From an uncultured Nitrososphaerales archaeon (GTDB taxonomy: Archaea > Thermoproteota > Nitrososphaeria > Nitrososphaerales > Nitrososphaeraceae), in contig CAWJCY010000012.1 of assembly GCA_963841565.1 (NCBI GenBank), forward strand, positions 64,001 to 128,000: a stretch of 64,000 nt of DNA. Reading direction: 5' to 3'. Each line of letters starts with the position of its first letter. The first letter of the stretch is position 1. The notes under the pieces are model-generated. The model was not told the origin of the DNA. It searched no databases and saw only the letters and a program-made list of their open reading frames with translations. Positions 53,181-61,717 of the stretch are shown here, piece by piece. Made by a program: the position numbers and the translations under genes.

Positions 53181-53780
53181 TCACTTCTCTTCGCCTGTAA
53201 CTTTGTTTAGTCCATCTGGAGAAGTAATAGCATCCTTAACTTTTTGCACGTAGCCGCTGTATTGGGTAGGATCGAAATTATTAGCGATTAACCTTGAAAA
53301 GTGACTGTTGTAAGCGTCTTTATTCTCATCTTGCAGTATTCTGGCATATTCTGCGATGTGATTTCCCACCAAGCGTTCCTCGGGCGGAAACGAAGAATCT
53401 GATGCAGGGATCTTCATCCCAGAATCAATTAAACCTTTAAGACAAGCAGCGACTCTAGATGTAAACGGGTTCTTTCCTGTATAAAGGACAGCCTCGTCTA
53501 CATCCTTTCGCAACGACTTCTTGCCCAACAATAAACCTGTTAAGTAACATGCAGGGAGGGAATTCATGGAACCGTTCCAACCGAATCTTGCGAGTTCTCT
53601 GCTGTGTGAGGAGGTTATAGTAACATCCCCCTTTGCCATCGGGTACGCGATCTGAGCTTGAACATTCTCGTCACTAACGGTTATAGTAACAAATCTTCTT
53701 TTTGAGAGAAGGAGAGCAGCCCTCTTCCTGTAATTTGTGCGACCATTTCTTATCCTCTTGAGCGTAGCAATGTAACCCAT
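53181..53780 (-). CDS. rpl18: 50S ribosomal protein L18 (uL18)
   Basis: RIRNGRTNYRKR, NSLPACYLTGLL, GNHIAEY; start refined to MGYIAT. Confidence 0.96.
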   Translation of the reverse strand: MGYIATLKRIRNGRTNYRKRAALLLSKRRFVTITVSDENVQAQIAYPMAKGDVTITSSHSRELARFGWNGSMNSLPACYLTGLLLGKKSLRKDVDEAVLYTGKNPFTSRVAACLKGLIDSGMKIPASDSSFPPEERLVGNHIAEYARILQDENKDAYNSHFSRLIANNFDPTQYSGYVQKVKDAITSPDGLNKVTGEEK

Positions 53781-53834
53781 TATATTTTCATCTTGCACCC
53801 TTTCACGTAATTATAACCAACGAATGAAAAGCCT

Positions 53835-54683
53835 TTATAAACGTTTGAGACGCCTGGAACTCCCTGTAGATGAGTGAGTGCGAATCAGATCATCTTTTCT
53901 GCGATGTCTTAATGACATCCTCTTGCAGACTAGAGCAGCAAAGGCACCAGCGCCTATGCCGTTATCAATATTCATAACGGCCAAGCCAAATGTGCAGGTC
54001 TGCAACATTGATGTAAGCGCTCCAATGCCGCCAGATCCCATGCCGTAGCCGACTGACGTAGGCACTCCAATGACGGGGACATCAACTAAAGCTGATACAA
54101 CAGATGGTAGAGCCCCTTCCATTCCTGCTACTACTACGACAGCTTCTACGGTTTTTTCCATCATACCCTTTAGAGCCGGAAGCAACCTGTGTATTCCTGC
54201 TATTCCTACATCATAGTGCATAATACTGGCGCAGCCCATAGATTTGGCCATCATTCTCGCCTCCTCAGCGATAGGTATATCCGATGTCCCGGCACAAATG
54301 ATCCCAATCTGAGGAATACTCTCGTTGAATGTGAGTTCTCGGGTCGATACCAAAATGGTGGTCCCACGTGCTGCTGACTCAACTATATACCCTTCCAGTT
54401 TCAATTGAGCAGAGAGTTTTGTATAGACTTCCTCTGATGCCTTGCTAATGAGGGCAAGGCCTGTTTTCTCCAACGTCTTTAGGGTAATTTCATACAGATC
54501 ATTGTATTGCTTATCTAAAGCAAGGATAACTTCTGGACAACCCTTTCTCGTCTCCCTCTGTACGTCAAGACGTGCTATGTTCTCTCCTATGTATCCGATG
54601 TTCTCAATAGAAATTTGTCTTCGAATTTCGTTAATCCCAATCTCGCCATTAGAATATCTTTTCAACAATTGGTCCAGATCCAT
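53835..54683 (-). CDS. larB: Nickel-pincer cofactor biosynthesis carboxylase/hydrolase LarB
   Basis: RLD..RE.RKG.PEVI, AGTSDIPIAEEA, DVGIAGIHRL, AGMEGAL, PTSVGYG, NIDNG.GA. Confidence 0.95.
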   Translation of the reverse strand: MDLDQLLKRYSNGEIGINEIRRQISIENIGYIGENIARLDVQRETRKGCPEVILALDKQYNDLYEITLKTLEKTGLALISKASEEVYTKLSAQLKLEGYIVESAARGTTILVSTRELTFNESIPQIGIICAGTSDIPIAEEARMMAKSMGCASIMHYDVGIAGIHRLLPALKGMMEKTVEAVVVVAGMEGALPSVVSALVDVPVIGVPTSVGYGMGSGGIGALTSMLQTCTFGLAVMNIDNGIGAGAFAALVCKRMSLRHRRKDDLIRTHSSTGSSRRLKRL

Positions 54684-54716
54684 TCGTAACCAATGAACCT
54701 CTCGATGATAAAAGCA

Positions 54717-55632
54717 TTATATTTGAAGCTCTGTAATTGCAGATTTAACGCTTGCTACTCCTCTATCAAATATCTCTCTTTCCGAACTGTCGAGCTTCAA
54801 TTCAACTATTTTTTCGATGCCATTTACACCGAGCACTGCTGGAACCCCAAGACAAACATTTGATGCACCATATTCTCCCTCCAAAAGAGCAGACACTGGT
54901 ATGAGACTTTTTCTATCTCTTACAATAGGTTCAATCATTGCAGCGATGGCATTCCCCGGGGCATGAATCGTTGCACCTTTTAGCGATATAACTTCAGCAG
55001 CTATCTTCCTCGTAGATTCCAAGGTGTTCATGATTTGCTCAGGTGACAAGAATGTGGTTAGCGAAATTCCCGATATCGAAGAAAATCTAGGAAGAGGTAG
55101 CATGTTTTCGCCATGCTCTCCGATCACCATCGCGCTAATGGAGCCTCTTGAAAATCCAGTAGCCTCGTGTATAGAACTTTTGAATCTCGAAAGATCAAGC
55201 ATGTTACCCATTCCCATAACCCTATTTTTCTCTGTTCCAAGAAGTTTTAAAGTCAAATAGGTCATCGGGTCGACAGGGTTTGTGACTACGATCACAATTG
55301 CTTGACCAGCCAAGGATCTTATCTTGGTGGCAATATCTTTAATGATATTTGCATTTGTTGTCAGGAGGTCCATTCTGGTCATTCCAGGCTTCCTTCCCAC
55401 TCCAGCCACCAATACGATGATGTCAGAGCCTTTCAAATCCTCGGTACTCGTTTGAACCTCTTACTCTACAATCGATGCCAATTTCAGACAGTTGATGATT
55501 TATGTCCAAAGCCTCCCCTTGAGGAAGTCCCTTCACGATATCTAATAAAAGAACATCTCCTAACCTTCGAAGACAAGCGTTTAATGCCGCAGAAGCTCCG
55601 ACTTTGCCCGACCCGACAACGGTGATATTCAT
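54717..55632 (-). CDS. mdh: Malate dehydrogenase (LDH-like); +1 frameshift at about 55443
   Basis: [44 protein letters not shown]; GSNEY(c)EDLKGSD join. Confidence 0.93.
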
Positions 55633-55747
55633 ATATTGTTCAAAAATACGCCCTGCGTCGCTAATAAAAGTCTTTTAATCTAGTATTGCAATCATCGACA
55701 TGACTACAAATTAAATATGTATTTGCCCTAATTATCTGAGTTAGTCC

Positions 55748-57010
55748 TTGCCAGTAATTGCAGTAATTGATTCGCAAATTTCAGGTATTTCAGGTGATAT
55801 GTTTCTTTCATCACTTATAGATGCAGGGGCCGAGAAGAAACGAGTTCTTGACTCAATATATGCTTGTGAAGGGTTATTGGAAGGTGTCAGGATCTTGGAG
55901 GCGAATTTTGAAAAGGTGACGTCTACGGGAATTAAAGCAACCCGATTCTCTCTTAAGTCCACCGATAGTAAAACTAGTAGAAAAGGGAGCGAACTTATTG
56001 CTGCAGCCTCTCGCTGCTGTAGACAAATGGATTTAGATCACCAAACTAGTTCTTATATTCAGAATTCTATGCAAACTTTGGTTGCGGCTGAATCTAAAAT
56101 TCACGGTCAGAGTATTAAGGATGTTCACCTCCACGAAGCATCAAATATCGACACACTGGTCGACTTAGTAGGATCAGGTATTGCTGCCAATAGTCTTGGT
56201 CTCTTCTCGTCGAATGTCTACTCTACCTCAATTGCAACTGGAAGTGGGCTCACACATTTCTCTCATGGAGTTGTCCAGAATCCGACCAACGCGGTATTAC
56301 AGATCTTTTTGGGCAGACCATTTATCCTAACAGCTGGGTACTCTGATACTGAAACAACTACTCCGACTGGTGCCGCTCTACTTGTTAATCTTTGTATAGG
56401 GAGTGTAAATAGATACCCAGATTTCCAACCAGTAAGAATCGGATTCGGTGCAGGTTCTAGAGATCTTGGACAAATTGCAAATGTAACAAGATTTGTAATG
56501 GGAAATTCCTATTCATCATTCAAGTATGGAAACGATACCGTAACTGTGTTGGAAACAAATGTGGACGATATCACGGGAGAGAACTTAGGAGCCTTAATCG
56601 AACATTTAAGTAAAAGCGGGATAAAGGATGTAACTGTTATACCTGGTATAGCGAAGAAGAACAGACCGAACTATACGATAAGAATCATAACTGATTGCAG
56701 CCGAGTAGATTCTATTTTGGATTTTCTCTTTACAGAGACCGGGACTTTAGGCGTGCGTATTCAAGAAACCAATAGAGTAGTATTAGATAGAGATACAATA
56801 ACCATGAAATGCAAGATATTGAACGACGAATTCATCCTACGAGTGAAGGTTTCCAAAAATTCTACCGGAAAGATTGTGAATGCCAAACCAGAATTTGAAG
56901 ATGTTAGGAAAATTTCGAGGTCATTAAGAATACCTTTAAGAGTGGCAAATCAGATAGCTTTATCTGAGATTCAAACTAGGTTTGGAAATAAATTCTATAC
57001 ACGAGCTTGA
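55748..57010 (+). CDS. larC: Nickel insertase LarC
   Basis: SGISGDM, AE.KIHG....VHLHE, TPTGAA, ETNVDD.TGE, KKNRP, ETGTLGVR, KPEFED. Confidence 0.95.
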   Translation: MPVIAVIDSQISGISGDMFLSSLIDAGAEKKRVLDSIYACEGLLEGVRILEANFEKVTSTGIKATRFSLKSTDSKTSRKGSELIAAASRCCRQMDLDHQTSSYIQNSMQTLVAAESKIHGQSIKDVHLHEASNIDTLVDLVGSGIAANSLGLFSSNVYSTSIATGSGLTHFSHGVVQNPTNAVLQIFLGRPFILTAGYSDTETTTPTGAALLVNLCIGSVNRYPDFQPVRIGFGAGSRDLGQIANVTRFVMGNSYSSFKYGNDTVTVLETNVDDITGENLGALIEHLSKSGIKDVTVIPGIAKKNRPNYTIRIITDCSRVDSILDFLFTETGTLGVRIQETNRVVLDRDTITMKCKILNDEFILRVKVSKNSTGKIVNAKPEFEDVRKISRSLRIPLRVANQIALSEIQTRFGNKFYTRA

Positions 57011-57818
57011 CGGGTCAGGTCAAAAATATGATCTGTTGCTCAGATGGTTCGACGCGATCAATGACAAAGTAGTAGTTGCCCTTTCTGGCGGAGTAGATAG
57101 TGCTGTTGTAGCATTAGCTGCTCAGATGCGATTAGGCCAGAAAGCTATGGCGGTGACGGCAAATTGTGCTACCACGTCTGAAGAGGAACTAAGGAGTGCT
57201 ATTGTTGTAGCCAAGGAATTGGGGATTAAACATGAAATAGTTGAGTATAATGTGCTTATGAATCAAGACTTCACAAGAAACGACAATGCTCGATGCTATC
57301 ACTGTCGAAAGGACCTAGCACTCCATCTTGTTTCCAAAGGGAAACAGATAGGGGCCAAAAGTATTGTCGATGGAACACACGTAGATGATCTAGGAGATCA
57401 TAGACCCGGAATTATAGCATTGCAGGAGGCAGGTGTAAGACATCCTTTACTTGAAGTTGGCCTAAATAAGTCAGATATTCGAAAAATCGCAAGATTCTTC
57501 AAACTCTCTGTCTCTAATAAACCGTCAAATTCTTGTTTAGCCTCTAGAATCCCGCACGGGAATGAAATAACGCATTCTAAGATTTCCAGGATTGAAAAGG
57601 CCGAATCCATAATAAAGTCGATCTTTGGTGTAGAACAAGTCAGAGTAAGAGATCATGGTGAACTTGCACGAATTGAAGTAGGAAATAATGAACTAAATAG
57701 GTTATTTGATACCGGAAAGCTGGGAGAAGCTGACCAAATGATCAAAGAACTTGGCTTTAGATACGTTTCGGTCGATATGAAAGGATATAGACAAGGAAGC
57801 CTAGTTATAGTGAAATAG
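56982..57818 (+). CDS. larE: ATP-dependent sulfur transferase LarE
   Basis: ALSGGVDS, RCYHCR, DD.GDHRPG, KPSNSCLASRIP, QVRVRDHG..ARIEV. Confidence 0.95.
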   Translation: MEINSIHELDGSGQKYDLLLRWFDAINDKVVVALSGGVDSAVVALAAQMRLGQKAMAVTANCATTSEEELRSAIVVAKELGIKHEIVEYNVLMNQDFTRNDNARCYHCRKDLALHLVSKGKQIGAKSIVDGTHVDDLGDHRPGIIALQEAGVRHPLLEVGLNKSDIRKIARFFKLSVSNKPSNSCLASRIPHGNEITHSKISRIEKAESIIKSIFGVEQVRVRDHGELARIEVGNNELNRLFDTGKLGEADQMIKELGFRYVSVDMKGYRQGSLVIVK

Positions 57819-57831
57819 GACTATTGCGAAG

Positions 57832-59031
57832 ATGACCTTGGCAATGAATCAGGGTGACTTGATCTACTTCGACAACGCGGCGTCTACTCCTGTTCTTTCC
57901 GAAGTGATCCAAGAAATGGTACCTTATCTTGGAAATCATTATGGAAATCCATCCTCACAACATACGTTTGGCTTCAACACTTCGAGAGCAATCGAGAAAG
58001 CTCGGAGACATGTAGCATATCTTATAGGAAGCAGTCCTGATGAAATAACGTTCACATCTGGTGGAACAGAAGCAAATAATCTAGCCATTAAGGGTAGTAT
58101 ATCCAGACTAGGTATCAACAATGATAACAAGGGTACTGTTCTTATTTCAAGTAGCATTGAACACGACTCAGTACTTCAACCTTTCAATTCCTTAAAAGCT
58201 CAGGGATTCAATGTTAAGTTTGTTGAAGTGAACAGGGAAGGAATCGTTAATCTGGAATCCTTACTTGAAATCCTAAAAAAAGATAAGGTAATGCTCGTAA
58301 GCATCATGCTGGCTAATAATGAAGTGGGGACCATTCAGCCAATTAAAGAATTAACAAAGATTACTCATGAAAATTCAAACGCCCTCTTCCATTGTGATGC
58401 TGTCCAAGCTTTGGGGAAAATTCCAATTGATGTGAAGCACCTTGATGTGGATTTGCTATCGTTATCTTCCCACAAGATTTACGGACCGAAAGGGGTCGGG
58501 GCTATATATACTCGCGACCGGGACCAATTGACCCCTTTGATCGACGGCGGGGGTCAAGAAAAGTCCTTGAGATCAGGCACTGAAAATGTATATGGTATTG
58601 TAGGCTTTGGCGGGGCCTGCAAGATCGCTTCAGCAAACTTGAATGAAAATTGGAGCAACATCAAGAAACTTAGAGATTATCTCATTGATCGAGTATTATC
58701 TACGATACCTAGATGTCATGTCAACGGTTCAAGGAGTCAAAGACTGCCCAATAACGCTCATTTTAGCTTTCCGGGGGTTAAGGGAGAAGACATCATTGTA
58801 AAACTGAACGAGTACGGGATAGCGGCGTCTACAGGGGCAGCATGTTCTTCCAATAAAGCTAAGCCTTCCCATGTACTCAAAGCAATGGGGTTATCGCTAT
58901 TGGAAATTGAAGGTTCTCTTCGGCTTACTCTTGGTCATCAAAACACAATGTATGAGGTTGAAAGGGTAATTTTGGCTTTGGAAGAGACAATTAAGGAGCT
59001 TCGCAGACATTCCGGTTTTCCAAATAACTGA
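57832..59031 (+). CDS. iscS: Cysteine desulfurase (IscS/NifS group I)
   Basis: YFDNAAST, FTSGGTEANN, HCDAVQ, SSHKIYGPKG, RSGTEN, STGAACSS. Confidence 0.95.
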   Translation: MTLAMNQGDLIYFDNAASTPVLSEVIQEMVPYLGNHYGNPSSQHTFGFNTSRAIEKARRHVAYLIGSSPDEITFTSGGTEANNLAIKGSISRLGINNDNKGTVLISSSIEHDSVLQPFNSLKAQGFNVKFVEVNREGIVNLESLLEILKKDKVMLVSIMLANNEVGTIQPIKELTKITHENSNALFHCDAVQALGKIPIDVKHLDVDLLSLSSHKIYGPKGVGAIYTRDRDQLTPLIDGGGQEKSLRSGTENVYGIVGFGGACKIASANLNENWSNIKKLRDYLIDRVLSTIPRCHVNGSRSQRLPNNAHFSFPGVKGEDIIVKLNEYGIAASTGAACSSNKAKPSHVLKAMGLSLLEIEGSLRLTLGHQNTMYEVERVILALEETIKELRRHSGFPNN

Positions 59032-59073
59032 TATTCCGAAATTAATTTATTGTCCTAAAGTGTAGTTTGTTCC

Positions 59074-59565
59074 ATGTCTTCAACGTCAACAACAGGTTCA
59101 GTTCCCGAAATAGGACAAGAAGCGCCAGGCTTTAATTTACCTGATGTTGAGATGAAAAGTCGAAGCCTTGAAGAATTTAGAGGCAAGAAACTTGTTCTTG
59201 CTTTTTTTCCAGCTGCAGAATCACCTGTATGTACTGCTGAGATGTGTGCGCTGAGGGACTCTCTATCTGTGCTAAAATCCCTTGGAGCTCAAGTTGTCGG
59301 TATCTCTGTAGACGGCCCGTTTGCTAACAAGATTTTTACTGAGAACAGACACCTTAATTTTCCGATTCTTAGCGATTACAAGCGAGAGGTCATAAACAAA
59401 TATGGCATTGTAATGGGCAACTTGGGTTCTTTAGAAGGTTATAATGCAGCTAAGCGTTCAGTGTTCGTGCTCGATGAAAGCGGTATAATTAGATATAGAT
59501 GGATATCTGACAATCCATTAGTAGAGCCAAATTACGACGAGATAAAATCTGCTTTGGAAAAATAA
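59074..59565 (+). CDS. Peroxiredoxin (BCP/AhpE-like)
   Basis: FFPAAESPVCTAEMC (PxxxS/TxxC), ISVD, LSD, KRSVFVLD. Confidence 0.9.
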   Translation: MSSTSTTGSVPEIGQEAPGFNLPDVEMKSRSLEEFRGKKLVLAFFPAAESPVCTAEMCALRDSLSVLKSLGAQVVGISVDGPFANKIFTENRHLNFPILSDYKREVINKYGIVMGNLGSLEGYNAAKRSVFVLDESGIIRYRWISDNPLVEPNYDEIKSALEK

Positions 59566-59671
59566 TTAGGCAATTTCACTTTATTAGTCAAGGTTTGTTA
59601 AATGTAAAGGCGTCGCAGCTATGTAACATACGCAAGATGCAAGTGAGTGAGTGTCACTTTTTTTATAGTTA

Positions 59672-60187
59672 CTACTCTATGACAGCAATGACGTCATTTC
59701 TAGATACGGTGTTTCCCTGCGTAACTTTTATCTCCTTTATCTTACCATCTTTATGGGATTTTACCGCAACTTGCATTTTCATAGATTCCAGTACTACGAT
59801 GGAATCGCCTTTGTTTACCGAGTCACCTTGCTTTCCTAATACGCTAACAACTCTTCCAGGTATCTGACTTGTCAAATTGTTTACTGCAGCCGTCTGTGAG
59901 ATCTTAGATAATGACTGTTCTAAAACTTCTGACAATTTGGAATGCTTATTTATTTTCATTTCAGTTCCATCTATTAGCAGCTTCACCTCAGAGGTACTCG
60001 AGTAGAGTATCTTCGCAGAGTGGTAGGAGTTGTCTATCATAAATTCAAGAATATTTGTAGAAAACCTCAGGACCTTGAGACGGTAATCTTTCTGGTTTAT
60101 CTTAACCATGGCCTCAGATTCACCCAGGGTGCTTACTAACTCTGCGTTCACGGGTTGTTCTAGATGCGCTATCTTAAATTCCATCAA
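59672..60187 (-). CDS. accB: Acetyl/propionyl-CoA carboxylase biotin carrier subunit
   Basis: ESMKM biotinylation motif; in operon with biotin carboxylase and carboxyltransferase. Confidence 0.95.
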   Translation of the reverse strand: MMEFKIAHLEQPVNAELVSTLGESEAMVKINQKDYRLKVLRFSTNILEFMIDNSYHSAKILYSSTSEVKLLIDGTEMKINKHSKLSEVLEQSLSKISQTAAVNNLTSQIPGRVVSVLGKQGDSVNKGDSIVVLESMKMQVAVKSHKDGKIKEIKVTQGNTVSRNDVIAVIE

Positions 60188-61707
60188 AGGTTCCCTCTCT
60201 GTCTATTCCATGCCGACATGTGTTGTGAGGTACGAACATCATCACCTCGGCTGACCGAAGGGGTCCGCTTAAACTCTGAATAAAGCAAAATTGCGGCGAG
60301 AGCGGGAACCTGGGTTTGAGATGACAAGCTCTTAGCATCCTTGAGAAGCTTATCCATAAGGGCATATCGTTCAAGATAATCAGTTGACAACTCTCCTTTT
60401 ATGAAATGCTCCTCCTTCATTATCGTCTTGTAAAGTGGTATAGTTGTATTCACGCCCTCGACTTCAAATTCATTTAATGCGTTAATCATCCTGCTCCTAG
60501 CTTCTTCGAAATGGTTGCCCCAAGTAATGAGCTTTGCTACAAGGGAATCATAATATCCGGATACAGTACAGCCAGGGTATAGATATGAATCCACGCGTAC
60601 ACCGGGGCCGTAAGGTAAATTGCATGAAGGAACTAATCCAACTGAGGGCGAGAATTCGTTGAACGGGTCTTCTGCGTTTATACGGCATTCAATAGCTGCT
60701 CCTCTTAGTTCCAAATCTTCCTGCTTGAATGGGATTTTTTCTCCTTGTGCTATTGAAATTTGCAATTTCACGAGATCTAACCCTGTTACAAATTCCGTGA
60801 CTGGATGTTCCACCTGTAACCTAGAGTTAATTTCTATAAAGTAGAAATTTCCTTTGTTGTCTCTTAAAAATTCTGCCGTCCCCGCATTGACGTAATCCAC
60901 GGCATCAACGGCTCTGACTGCGATTTCACCTATTTTACTGCGAGTTTTAGCATCTAGAACGGGAGAAGGAGACATTTCGATGAGCTTCTGGTGTCTTCTT
61001 TGCACAGAACATTCGCGTTCGAATAAGTGTCTACTGTTGCCATGGATATCGCGAAAAAGTTGATATTCAATGTGGCGGATGCCCTCAAGGCATTTTTCAA
61101 CATAAAGTGCAGCCTTCCCAAATGCCGCTTTTGATTCGGCGGAGGCCATTTCGTATTCTTGCCGTAATTCTTTTTCATCCTTGGCCAAGCGAATACCTCT
61201 CCCACCACCACCAAATGCAGATTTGAGGAGAACAGGAAATCCAGAATCCTTTGCGATTGCAACTGCCTCATCAAGATCCTCCACCACGCCGTCACTACCC
61301 GGGACCAATGGTACTCCGGCTTCTTTCATCACTTCTTTACACTTCATCTTGTCACCGGTGACTTCCATAGCCTTACTTCCAGGCCCTATGAATATTATCC
61401 CGTTCTTCTTGCAAGACATTGCAAATCCTTCGTTCTCGGACAAAAATCCATATCCTGGATGTATCGCATCTGACCCTGATTGCTTTGCAATCTCTATAAT
61501 TCGCTTCATGTTCAGGTAGCTTTCTGTAGCCGCTGCTGGTCCGATGTTGTATGCCTCGTCGGCTCTTTTTACATGCACTGAGCGTGTGTCTTCATCAGAA
61601 AATACTGCAACAGATTTTATTCCCAGTTCTTTACATGCACGGACAACTCTTAGAGCGATCTCTCCCCTATTTGCAATCAGAATTTTGCTTATTGCCTTGG
61701 TCGTAAT
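60184..61707 (-). CDS. accC: Acetyl/propionyl-CoA carboxylase biotin carboxylase subunit; apparent ATT start
   Basis: KILIANRGEIA lies in frame upstream of the ORF-track start; HPGYGFLSEN, GGGGRG, RECSVQRRHQK, RLQVEH. Confidence 0.95.
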   Translation of the reverse strand: MTTKAISKILIANRGEIALRVVRACKELGIKSVAVFSDEDTRSVHVKRADEAYNIGPAAATESYLNMKRIIEIAKQSGSDAIHPGYGFLSENEGFAMSCKKNGIIFIGPGSKAMEVTGDKMKCKEVMKEAGVPLVPGSDGVVEDLDEAVAIAKDSGFPVLLKSAFGGGGRGIRLAKDEKELRQEYEMASAESKAAFGKAALYVEKCLEGIRHIEYQLFRDIHGNSRHLFERECSVQRRHQKLIEMSPSPVLDAKTRSKIGEIAVRAVDAVDYVNAGTAEFLRDNKGNFYFIEINSRLQVEHPVTEFVTGLDLVKLQISIAQGEKIPFKQEDLELRGAAIECRINAEDPFNEFSPSVGLVPSCNLPYGPGVRVDSYLYPGCTVSGYYDSLVAKLITWGNHFEEARSRMINALNEFEVEGVNTTIPLYKTIMKEEHFIKGELSTDYLERYALMDKLLKDAKSLSSQTQVPALAAILLYSEFKRTPSVSRGDDVRTSQHMSAWNRQRGNL

Positions 61708-61717
61708 TTATACACCT

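Noticed and set aside
10469-55632. Programmed ribosomal frameshifting in prpB, tatA, secY, mdh
   Set aside because: No shared slippery heptamer or stimulatory structure, and these genes are normally contiguous; sequencing error is simpler
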